From an uncultured Acidobacteriota bacterium (lineage in GTDB: Bacteria > Acidobacteriota > UBA6911), in the NCBI GenBank assembly GCA_963809485.1, contig CAWEJX010000006.1, positions 224,001-288,000 of the forward strand: a DNA stretch of 64,000 nucleotides, given 5' to 3'. The translations under genes were made by a program, and so were the position numbers. The notes under the pieces were generated by a model. It saw only the letters and a list, made by a program, of their open reading frames with translations. It did no database searches and was not told the origin of the DNA. This document shows positions 47,763-57,703 of the stretch, in pieces; position 1 is the first letter of the stretch, and each line of letters opens with the position of its first letter.

Positions 47763-48426
47763 AACCTCCTCCTCAAGCGCTGCACTATATCACCGGATAA
47801 TCGGGGACAGACACAGCTTCAGTAAGCCCAGGCGCCTGCAGAACTCGAACGAGTCGGCACCTGTATCTGAATCCTCATCACGCCTAATTCCGATATCCGC
47901 AAGACAACAAAGAAATTGACAGGCAGCCGGAATAAAACATTGAAACGGCAAAATGCTTATCCGCAAATCAGTTTGCTTGGAAAGATAAGTATTTCTGCTC
48001 CTGAACAAATAGGCATATATCGTGATTGATTGAATTAAGCTCTTGGTCATAATCGCATTGAGCATAGCACGCTCTCAGTTTAAATAGTATTTTGGGGTTG
48101 CCATGATCTCCGTTACAGCATGATCAATTTGGCGTATCCTAGGGGCGGCTTTTTCATTTTCCAGCAATACTTGTCATAGCAGCCCAAGGCAAAGGAATAA
48201 ATATACTCGATGTTAGTGCCACCAATCGAAATCTATCGTTCCCTGCGCGACAAGACAATACGGCCGAATTTGGCATCACAAGTTCAGGTTTGAAAAAAAT
48301 TGGGATAAGTGCCGACTTCAGACGGAGATGCGGGCAAACCAGCAACACTGGACGGCAGAAGCACCGCGAGGGCACTAATCATGCCCTCGCTTTTTATAAA
48401 TGTAGTAATACCGACCAGTTATCGAA

Positions 48427-49335
48427 TTACTTCATTGCCGGCGGATGAGTATCGATGCCCGCCAGACCTCCGATAACATTGACCAGTGAAGAATCTGTAG
48501 GCACAACGATTTTGGAATTGTTGGTGAGCGATGTTTCTACCGCCTGTAGTTGCCGAAGCAGTTGCGCATTACCTTTGAAATAAAGGTCGGCCGCTTCATT
48601 TACGAGCTTAATTGCCTGAGCTTCACCATCAGCCACCAGTACCTTGGCCTGCTTCTGACCTTCAGCTTGCAGGATTGCGGCCTGCCTTTGTCCCTCAGCC
48701 ACCTTGATAGCAGCGCGTCTTTCGCCGTCTGCCTGAGTTTCACGAGCCGTCGCAAAGTCAATCGCAGCAATCTTTTCGTTACTGGCTTTGACCACTTTGT
48801 TCATTGTCTCTTGGACGTCAGTAGGAGGATTGATTTCCTTAAGTTCGGTACGGACAATCTCAAGCCCCCAGCTCTTGGTCTCCGTGGAAAGGTTAGTATA
48901 TAGTGCGCTATTGATTTTACCGCGCTCGCTGTTGGCATCCTTTAATGTCATAGTTCCGATGATGTTTCTTAGTGTTGTTCTCGCCAGAGCCACAATCTGC
49001 ACCATATAGTTGAACACATTATACTGGGATGCCTTAACATCCTCTTCATCAGAACGTACTTTAAAGTAAACCTGGGCATCAACCTGGGCATTCAGACTAT
49101 CGCTGGTGATAATTTCCTGCAGTCCGGCGTCTATCATATTTTCTGTAATATTTACGCGAATCAGCTGCTCGATAAACGGGATCAGAAAGATAATACCCGG
49201 GTTAGCAAAACGGTTGTATTTGCCAAACCGTTCGATTAAACCTCGACTGGTCGGCCTGACGGTACGAATGGATTGCCCTAGCAGCCAGATAACAAGGATT
49301 ACAGCAACGACTGTGATAATAGCGGTACCTGACAT
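48427..49335 (-). CDS. SPFH/band-7 (QmcA-like) membrane protein
   Basis: RBS AGGAGG; IERFGKY, QEIITSD, LARTTLRNIIG, AEGQRQAAILQAEGQKQA. Confidence 0.92.
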   Translation of the reverse strand: MSGTAIITVVAVILVIWLLGQSIRTVRPTSRGLIERFGKYNRFANPGIIFLIPFIEQLIRVNITENMIDAGLQEIITSDSLNAQVDAQVYFKVRSDEEDVKASQYNVFNYMVQIVALARTTLRNIIGTMTLKDANSERGKINSALYTNLSTETKSWGLEIVRTELKEINPPTDVQETMNKVVKASNEKIAAIDFATARETQADGERRAAIKVAEGQRQAAILQAEGQKQAKVLVADGEAQAIKLVNEAADLYFKGNAQLLRQLQAVETSLTNNSKIVVPTDSSLVNVIGGLAGIDTHPPAMK

Positions 49336-49429
49336 GGTAAACTTCCTCCTATTAAAAAATTTTAACCGTACGAGATTGTGATTGCCTGAGTTCCACGTGT
49401 ATTGGGGGCTACTATGGAAAGTCGGGCTC

Positions 49430-49768
49430 CTAGCTCGACAGGATTTTTTCAATCTCCCCCCCGATGGATTTTCTTGCCGCCTCTAATGCCCGCCGAAGGT
49501 CAACCACCTTACTGTCGGTCCAATCCATCCCGCAGGCCAGACCTTGCTGTAGCTTTCCTTCTACATCCTCAATGATATTATCGATGGAATGCTTTAACTC
49601 GAGCCGCGCAGCTTCCACCTTATTCCCGGCCTTTTCAGTGAATTGATGGATGTCACGGCGTGTTTTGCGTCCAGACTGGGGAGCGAACAGGAGCGCTACC
49701 CCCGCTCCCAACAAGGCACCTGCTAATAATGCAATAGCAGTGCTCCTATTTACAGCTTCGTCAGACAT
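49430..49768 (-). CDS. YtxH-domain protein
   Basis: GALLGAGVALLFAPQSGRKTRRDI. Confidence 0.88.
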   Translation of the reverse strand: MSDEAVNRSTAIALLAGALLGAGVALLFAPQSGRKTRRDIHQFTEKAGNKVEAARLELKHSIDNIIEDVEGKLQQGLACGMDWTDSKVVDLRRALEAARKSIGGEIEKILSS

Positions 49769-50168
49769 AGATTTTTTCCGTTCTTGAGGATAACGGCTTC
49801 GCTTTCTGCAACACGGCTATCGGCCATGCCGATAATTCCATTTTAATTTTCCCTCCCGGCAATTCGCAGGTCTGCTCAATTCTGCTCACGCCTATGTTCA
49901 AGATTGCTCATCCCGGATGTATTGGTGTATGTCTTCAGCAATAGTAGGACAAAAAAGCCTGTCATTTAGGAGACACTTTGCGCCGTTGCTGATTGGACGA
50001 TTTTAGCATTTTCCACTTGTCTTCGGACAAGCGTTTTCCACTCTAATCCTCGCCTCAGTTCCACACATTCTTACAGATTGGTTCTATCCCATTGTCATCG
50101 TCAGGACAAACTCCCGCGGAAATATAAAAGCACTTCAATGTTATAATCATTCGCACAGGAGGTCAGTG

Positions 50169-50267
50169 ATGGCAAAATCCAGGGATGCCAGGAAAGACGT
50201 CAAAAAGAAACCTGCAAAATCCATCAAGGAAAAGCGGAAGGCTAAGCTGGAAAGGAAGTTGAAATAG
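50169..50267 (+). CDS. 32-aa Lys-rich small protein (MAKSRDARKDVKKKPAKSIKEKRKAKLERKLK)
   Basis: Read directly from sequence; RBS AGGAGG; TATAAT at ~50142. Confidence 0.7.
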   Translation: MAKSRDARKDVKKKPAKSIKEKRKAKLERKLK

Positions 50268-50884
50268 GTGAGTCCCCGCCCTTTCCAATTTCCCCAGTTT
50301 CAGACGGAGATAGCCCGATGGGCGACAATTACACTTCCCTGGCGCATTGCCTCGCTTAATCTGCTACCGGACGAAGGTCATTGCCTCATAAAAACTGTTA
50401 CCCTGTCTCACACCAAAAGGAGAAAAAATCATGGATCAACAAAACTGTAGGGTACGGTACGGGAATCTATAAAGGAAAAAAATTGGAGTCTACGACTGCA
50501 TACGGCAATTCGTTTACAGGAACCATCGTTGGTGTGATAAAGGATGTAGACAAGGAGTAGCGGGTCCGTAATCGCCTCAACAATGAGGGCCGCTCTCGGG
50601 GACGGCCTTTTCCTTCATCCGCAACCGTAATCCACACCAGGATCGCCACGGATTTGTCTCCAGCAGGGTGGATTTTAAGTAAACTGTCTTACATATTATG
50701 CTGTTATTCCCGCCGGTAAACCCTTTGTTCATGAAGCAATCGGGATGTAAATCCTTATTTTCTCATGGCTTAATCTGGTTGTGACAATGCTCGTCGTCCT
50801 CAAGGGAATGCCATCGTGCCCCCGGATGTCATTGGCAACCCCATGTCAATAATTTGAGAACCCCGCGTGCCGCCAGTTGCCGCA

Positions 50885-51173
50885 CGCGGAATACGGGCTC
50901 AAAAAATTGTGATTGTGCATATGTGGAATGGGACCCTGGAATCAGGCCCCACCCTGGCAAGAGCTCGGACCTCCGGGGGGGTATCGACCGTGCCCGTGAC
51001 TTTGCCCATGGCGGACAAAAAACACCATATTCCACCCTACTCCACCCAACTTTGTGTATCAGGTATCTATCTGATAAATCAATTATTTACAGCTATTTGA
51101 GGAACGCTGGGATCGGACTCAAAATCCCGCGGTACTTGGTGCCATGGGGGTTCGACCCCCCCCTTCGGCACCA
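50885..51173 (+). repeat. att arm plus tRNA-Leu 3' copy (copy A of ~290-bp direct repeat)
   Basis: Aligns with 54015-54303; GACCGTGCCCGTGACTTTGCCCATGG, IHF-consensus AATCAATTATTTA, core GGACTCAAAATCCCGC..TTCGGCACCA. Confidence 0.92.
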
Positions 51174-51929
51174 GTAGAATCAACGACTTGCCGTATTCGC
51201 CTTCTGAACAAAACCTCAAAAAAAGTATGACTTTGCCCGTCGAATTGAAATGGGGATTGCCAGAATCCCGCATGCCGAGGGTTGGATGATCGAGCCATTA
51301 ACAAGCCATATAGGGCAGCCAACCTCCGCATGGAGATGAAGACTCCTGACCAATTCAATGACTGTTGCCTGACAACAACTTAAATTAATGCATGTTGCTG
51401 CCAGGCAGTCAGGCTTGCGTTTCGGCCAGAGCCGTGGTAAGGAAGGAACGCCGTGATAATCCCTTGGATAATTCTCTGTCACGGCTTCGGGTAGAGGAAT
51501 CTGTTGGCAGGTCCGGTTCCATTGATCCGGCACCTCGGGTCCATCATCAATTACCTGGCGGTATAACCGGTTATACCGTTACCCATTAGCTCCGCAGTAC
51601 ATTACGGTCGGAACAGGTTGGTATTCAGGGGCAGCCGGGCAACTTGAGCATGCTGTATCGTATTTCTTGGATAGATAAATCCCGGTGTCCATTTTGGGAT
51701 TCATCTGCTGAAATCCTACGTGCATGCAGGAAGCAAGCTGGAGGCCAGAGAGGTTTCCCCTAAGGCTTGCGAGTGTGCACTTTGGCGTGGGGTCGTTGAT
51801 GCCAGGTCCGCTTATACCAACGAGCGCGATTGCAAAGGTGATTCACTTACGTTCTGCTGAATCCAGCTTGGCATTTTGGCAAGGCACAATCGATTATTCG
51901 GTATAGGGCAAGCCGCCCCGCAGCGAGCA

Positions 51930-52829
51930 CTACCAGCCCGTGGGATCGCTATGCGGGATGTCTACAAGCACGGCGTGGATCTCCCGGATCTTTCCATCGG
52001 TTACCGCGAAAAATTCCGCGACAAACGGCCCTTTAGCTCCCGCCGGCTTAGTCTTTTCTGGTGTCTTGCTGCCAAATCGCACGATACTGACAACGATGCC
52101 GCGTTCCTCGTCCACAACGGGATAGCGGCGATCATAGATGCGCGCTTTCGGAAATGCAACCTCATCAAACTGCTGGATTGCAGTATTGGGCTCTTTACCT
52201 TTGAACGGTACGTTAGTCGTTCTGAGGCCGTTTTCCCATCTCTCGGTGTCCGGCAGAAGTGGCGGGCGATAGTATTCCGGTGTACCCATCGTCTCCATTG
52301 CCCTCCAATAGGAGTCTGCCACTGCCATTAAATCGAATCGCGAATCGCGCTCGGCGGGTCGAATCGTCCGGGTAAAGTTGGCGGACAGCCCGGAAAGCTT
52401 TTCCGGATCCCAAACAGGCGAATCCCCTTTGCGGCATACAAGCGTCTCCACTTCGCTGATCTTTTGGTCTTCAACTTTGAGCCGGAGGAAAAAGGTAATG
52501 AGGTTGTTGTTCTCCTTCAGCACTGCTTCCACGGCAGCCCCGCATGTTTCCGGATCGTAGATTTCCAACTTGAAGGTCGGCTCGCCAGCCGTCTTCCACA
52601 ATCCCTCACCCAGCCTGATTTGTTTTCCGTTTTCGGTAAACTTCACAGAAGGTGACACAGCAAGCTTCGAGGGATCATGTTTAACAAGAGCATCGAAATA
52701 GGCATCAACAAAGCCCTTGAGATACCCACGATTGCAGGTCTCTGCCGAAGCTGCCTCCTGCGCCAGTACGGAACAAAGCAAACCAACCCCCATCATGGTT
52801 GTAGCTAACAGCATGCCCTTCGAATTCAT
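51930..52829 (-). CDS. Secreted hypothetical protein (tandem SnoaL/NTF2-like, tentative)
   Basis: RBS GGAGGTGG before MNSKG; signal peptide; CNR..FVDAYFDAL, KFTENG, VVDEERG, EFFAVTDGKIREIHA. Confidence 0.75.
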   Translation of the reverse strand: MNSKGMLLATTMMGVGLLCSVLAQEAASAETCNRGYLKGFVDAYFDALVKHDPSKLAVSPSVKFTENGKQIRLGEGLWKTAGEPTFKLEIYDPETCGAAVEAVLKENNNLITFFLRLKVEDQKISEVETLVCRKGDSPVWDPEKLSGLSANFTRTIRPAERDSRFDLMAVADSYWRAMETMGTPEYYRPPLLPDTERWENGLRTTNVPFKGKEPNTAIQQFDEVAFPKARIYDRRYPVVDEERGIVVSIVRFGSKTPEKTKPAGAKGPFVAEFFAVTDGKIREIHAVLVDIPHSDPTGW

Positions 52830-52884
52830 AATCCACCTCCTGGGCTGCGAAGCAGCCGATATGGAAAGCGGGAGCCGCCCCTGG

Positions 52885-53255
52885 GAGCGTTCCCAGTCGC
52901 GCGACTGCCAAAACGGTATCGTATAGCCGAACGTGGAACAGTTTGGAAAAAACCTCTGTTTCAGCTTTGTGGCCTTCCGTGCTTTATCCAAAGGCGCCGG
53001 CAACTTGCGGGGGCGCCTTAATAGGATCATCCGCAAACCAGGACACGGAAATGCGGCCGCAATGCTTAAGGTGCCAACTTAGCGCAACTGCCTTCGATAA
53101 GGGACTATCACCAGGAAGCACGATTTTGCCCTTCAGTCCCTCCACCTCGAATACATTCAGACCACCACGGGCCGGAATCGTCTCAATCACGAACTCTTGC
53201 CCGCTTCAGGGCAGAATGCGATCAATCCATCCGTTCACGGACTGCAACTTCAGCT
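52885..53255 (-). pseudogene. Alpha-N-acetylglucosaminidase (GH89) N-terminal remnant
   Basis: IDRILP*..EFVIETI..VFEVEGLKGKIVL..ALSWHLK..VSW, then in another frame RFFPNCSTFGYTIPFWQSRDWER, resembling the GH89 N.CTFGYT..W..WER motif. Confidence 0.7.
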
Positions 53256-54014
53256 TTAGAATCGCCCATCAGACTTCGGGCACGCCCGGTTTCAGACATC
53301 ATTGCTGTTGCGGATAGGTTATATGTCACCCTCGACACAAGGGAACCGGTTGCAGGCCGATTTTACTGCGGATTCGAGGCGCGGCACCAGGGAATTTGGG
53401 TATGCCCTTATTTTATTGTAGCACCATCTTTGCATAAACATGCAGCGGCTGTTTAACGATTTGGGCATTGCAGCTTGACTATGCTTTATCGATGCAGTTC
53501 CCCAAGCTGCTATCAGCCGTAACGGCCTGTGCTCTGGGTCAATTTCTGCCATCCTCCGCGTTTTCCATCTCCAGGAAGGAGTGCCGTAGCCTTCGATGCA
53601 CTTCGATGCACCTATGCTGAAAATATTGGCACACACAACTGCTCATTGGAATATTTGGGCTATAAAATCCGAACGGCTCATCGAAGCGACCGTGCCGCAA
53701 CCGTGTGGGGAGAGTCTTGGTTTTTGCCCTTGAAGACACCGGACTGGGTAACAACTTTAATCTCAGGTAACCGAGGAGCAGCATAACGGCCACCTGCAAC
53801 TGATCGATAACGGCGATATCGCGGCAACCCGATAATTGCGAAAATCGTTGCGATTGCTCCGATAGAGATGATGGATCATTTTTGGGACACGTCTGTTACT
53901 GTGACCACCGTTGTGGCTTTCCGTCCACCTGCCAGCCTTCCGCGGTATCTCTCTACATGCCCCGACTCAATAGCTCGACTGCCAATGGATCTATGGAGTA
54001 TGTGATAGAAGAAT

Positions 54015-54303
54015 CGCGTGATACGGGCCTAAAAAATTGCGATTGTGCATATGTGGAATGGGACCCTGGAATCGACCCCCCACCCTGGCAAGGGCTCGGA
54101 CCTCCCTGGGGTGGGGTGACCGTGCCCGTGACTTTGCCCATGGCAGCCAAAAACTCCCCTATTCCACCCTACTCCGCCCAACTTAGTGTATCGGGAATCT
54201 ATTTGATAAATCAAGCATTTACAGCATTTTAGGGGAGTGGCAGTCCAGACTCAAAATCTCGCGGTACTTGGTACCATGGGGGTTCGATCCCCCCCTTCGG
54301 CAC
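54015..54303 (+). repeat. att arm plus tRNA-Leu 3' copy (copy B)
   Basis: Matches 50885-51173; IHF-consensus AATCAAGCATTTA; core 54248-54303 differs from the tRNA at two positions. Confidence 0.92.
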
Positions 54304-54382
54304 TCATTAGAATCAATAACCTAGACCAAATCCCTCCTCGCTGAAGATCCCCGGAAAAGGGCCTGTTGTACTTGTTTTGTGC

Positions 54383-54892
54383 TTATTCCGAAAAAACCGC
54401 TCGCGGCTCCTTGCCTAATTTGAATGAGTGCGCAGCCAAGCCGAAGTCCAGAATCTTGACCTTGTCTCCCTCCGTGATCATGACATTGGCGGGCTTCAAA
54501 TCCCTGTGAACTACCCCCTTTTCATGTTCTGCCTCAAGCCCTTCTGCGATCTTGCGGCATATTGCCAGAGCTTCTTCAACATGCAGCGCTCCTTTGCTGA
54601 TCCTTTGCGCCAGCGTTTCGTCTTCGACAAGTTCCAGGACGAGGAAGCGTTCTCCTTCGGCTTCTTCGAGCCCGTGGATCGCAGCGATATTGGGATGATT
54701 GAGTGAAGCCAGTAGTTTGGCTTCGCGCTCGAAGCGGGCCATCCGTTCAGCATCACCCGCAAACGCATCGGGAAGGAACTTGAGCGCGACCTTGCGGTTC
54801 AGGTTCAGGTCGTCGGCCACGTAGACTTCGCCCATGCCTCCGCGGCCCAGCTGTTCGCCCACGCGATAATGTTCCAGCGTTTTCTCCATCAT
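54383..54892 (-). pseudogene. Hanks-type Ser/Thr kinase, truncated after DFG
   Basis: LGRGGMGEVY, VALK, HRDLKPAN, LDFGLA then similarity ends. Confidence 0.9.
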
Positions 54893-54926
54893 ATTTATTT
54901 CGGTGTCATACTCTATGGCGGACTTG

Positions 54927-54956
54927 TCCGCCGAAGCCCGCAGGGCGAAGGCGGAT
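54927..54956. repeat. REP-like palindrome
   Basis: TCCGCCGAAGCCCGCAGGGCGAAGGCGGA. Confidence 0.6.
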
Positions 54957-57595
54957 CATTTGGCAGGTACCCGTTGCTTCAGTTCTTCTGTCCAGTTCAG
55001 GACGATGTTGATTTGGCGCGGGATCCCGGCTGCCGGCTCCTTTCCCGCGGACTGCACCGGCTTCATCATCAGGAACCGCTTGCCGTCCGGGTGAATGTCC
55101 CAGGGATGTCCGTCGTAATCAGTCCAATGAGCATAGGTTCCGCGAAAAAGCGGTTCGGGTTTTCCGGCTTTGAAGGTCGGCTGCGTTTCAACCGGAACGG
55201 CCATCATCGCATCACTGGTCTGATAGAACAGGGCCTTGCCGTCCGGGGCCCATACCGGAAACTCTGCTCCCTTCCCTGAAACCTGCCACTTCCCCGCATT
55301 AATATCGGGGAAAGGACGTACGTAAACCTCCATCGAGCCGGATTCGTTGGAACAATACGCCATGTATCGCCCATCGGGCGAGATTTGCGGCACATTCTCA
55401 TAGTACTTTTCGTGCAGAAGCGGTCTCCATTTGCGGTCGCCTTCCATCGAGATCGCCCCGATGTTTCTGTTTGCCGTGTCAGTTCCCTCAATCGTAACGA
55501 GGGTCTTTCCATCTCCGGACCAGGACCAGGGAATCATATATGCCTGATCAGTCACCGAACCAAGTTTTGCCTCTCCGCCAGTGCCGTCCGCTGCCTTCCA
55601 GTAAATGCCAGCCTTATTCTCACGATCCGAGCCGAATGCAACGCGTTTACCGTCAGCGGTCCAGAGAGGACAGTAACTTGCCCCATCAAAAGTCAAACGG
55701 CTCATGGTTTCACGCAGGAGGTCCCATATCCAAATGTCGTTTTTGTCACCAGCCTGAATCTCCAAAGCCACCTTTGTTCCATCGGGCGATATGTGGAGGT
55801 CCTCAAAGCTATTTGGTTGGGCGGCAATTGGAACCTCTTTGCCTTTCCGATCCACCCACACCAGCGTGCGTTGACCAGTCCGGGAAGCACTCGGTTGCCC
55901 TGGAATATAAACGAGTGTCCCCGAATCGGAAACCGCGAAGTCCACAATCCCTTCGACTATCGGGACCTGTCCACCCTTCACCTCAAGCTGGTCAAGATCA
56001 AAGGGAACAGCAAAAATGCTGTTGCCCTCTGGAGAAAAATAGACTATGTGCCCCGTCTGTAAATATCGGGCTTTAAACCCGGGGAACAACCCCTTTGATT
56101 CCCCCGACCTGACCGACTGCATATTAATGCCCCGGCTGCCTGTGTACAGCACTGATTTGCCATCCGGCAGCATTTGGGGGGCCCAGTGAAGTTCTGCTTT
56201 CCCTTTAACGAGAGATACCGGCTTTCCCCCGTTGGCGGAAACCCGCATGACGTCGCCGGCCAACTGGCCATAGACGATCGTGTTTTCCGTGTCCCAACTC
56301 GCGCCATAGGGTGTGCAGTCGCACACGGTTATTGCGGCTCCTCCGTTGATGCTGATTTTCTTCAATTTGACATCCGCGACGGAAAAGTATCCTATCCATT
56401 TTCCGTCGGGCGAGAAGAAGGGTTGCGATGTGGACCCTTCGGATCCGACGATCAGTTTATCGGTTAATTCGTCCACAGAACGCAAATAGAGCCCTTGCTC
56501 CGTGGTGTAGACGATTTGTTTTCCATCGGGAGAAATAGCAAGAGCCGGATAAGTAAGATCGCTGAATTGCCGGCCTTCCGGCAGATCGTAGGTGAAACGC
56601 ATCACCTGACGCGGTTCGGGCTTTTTCAGGCTCCAGACAGCCACCATTCCGACAATGACGCCAAGAGCCGCAGCAATCCACGGCACCATTGCTCGCACTT
56701 TCGAGCGGGATTGTACCCCGGCAATTGGTTGAAGCACGCCGCCGGGATCCGTCAAAACCCTTTGAATGTCCGCTTTCACATCGGAGATGTCACGGTATCG
56801 TTCCCTGGGATCCTTCTTCAAGCAGCGTTCAAGCACTTCCCGAAGCCGGCCATGAAGGTTTGCAGGAAGATTTTTCCATTCAGGTTCCGCACGGATTACA
56901 GCCGCGAGAATGTCTGTGACGTCGTTGCCGGAATATGCGGCCCGTCCCGTCAGCATTTCATAGAGCACGCACCCGAAAGCCTAAATGTCGGCTCTCTTGT
57001 CGGCGGTCTTTCCCCGAGCCTGTTCCGGACTCATGTAGGCGGCCGTGCCGAGAATAACCCCTTGCTGCGTGGCGGCGTCGCTCAGCGTAGGCGAATTCGA
57101 TAGGTTCACTTCCTCCCGGTCTCCGGCGTATGCCTTCGCCAATCCGAAATCCAAGACCTTTGCCTTGCCATCGGGTGTGACTTTGATATTGGCTGGCTTC
57201 AGATCCCGGTGGATGACTCCTTTCTCATGTGCAGCATCTAATGCTTCGGCGATCTGTAAGGCAAGTTTCAAGGACTCTTCAACGGGAATGGGCCCGGCCT
57301 TAATCCTATCTGCCAGCGTGTTGCCCTCGACGAGTTCAAGGACAAGGAAGTTGGTACCGCCTGATTCCTCCAGCCCATAGATTGCGGCGATGTTGGGATG
57401 GTTGAGCGACGCGAGAAGTTTAGCCTCCCGCTGGAAGCGCGCCACGCGATCCGCGTCCCTTGCGAACCCTTCAGGCAGGACCTTGATCGCCACATCGCGG
57501 CCAAGCTTCTGGTCTTTCGCCTGATACACCTCACCCATGCCGCCCTTGCCGAGCTGGCCTGTAATTAAATAATGGTTCAGCGTCTTGCCGATCAT
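54956..57595 (-). pseudogene. Ser/Thr kinase with TM and PD40/TolB-like beta-propeller; TAG at 56981-56983
   Basis: HRDLKPAN, DFG, GTAAYMSPEQ, ADI*AFGCVLYEML (conserved Trp position; both ORFs in frame); SPDG repeats. Confidence 0.92.
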
Positions 57596-57703
57596 GAGGA
57601 AACTTCCTCCACGTCGACAGCCGGCGTGATGCTGTTAACTGCAGCTGAAGGTTGGCCCTATTGTAATCGAAATTGAATCCTGTTTGTATCGAAACCGCCC
57701 TAG

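Larger units (their letters stand above)
47190..51173. mobile_element. Integrase-less mini-island 1 at tRNA-Leu
   Basis: Bounded by the tRNA and a 3'-half tRNA copy at 51115-51173; AT-richer than core; no integrase ORF. Confidence 0.8.
51174..54303. mobile_element. Integrase-less mini-island 2, tandem to island 1
   Basis: Between tRNA 3' copies at 51115-51173 and 54248-54303; TGACTTTGCCC at 51228; no integrase ORF. Confidence 0.8.

Noticed and set aside
50430-50560. Small ORF with RBS and downstream hairpin
   Set aside because: Only 13 codons from the ATG; looks like an internally deleted gene and cannot be assigned
51115-54303. Two additional tRNA-Leu genes
   Set aside because: Copies lack the 5' acceptor strand and D arm; they are att duplications
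56981-56983. TAG as pyrrolysine or read-through
   Set aside because: Falls on the conserved kinase Trp (TGG to TAG, one change); mfd and others use TAG as stop
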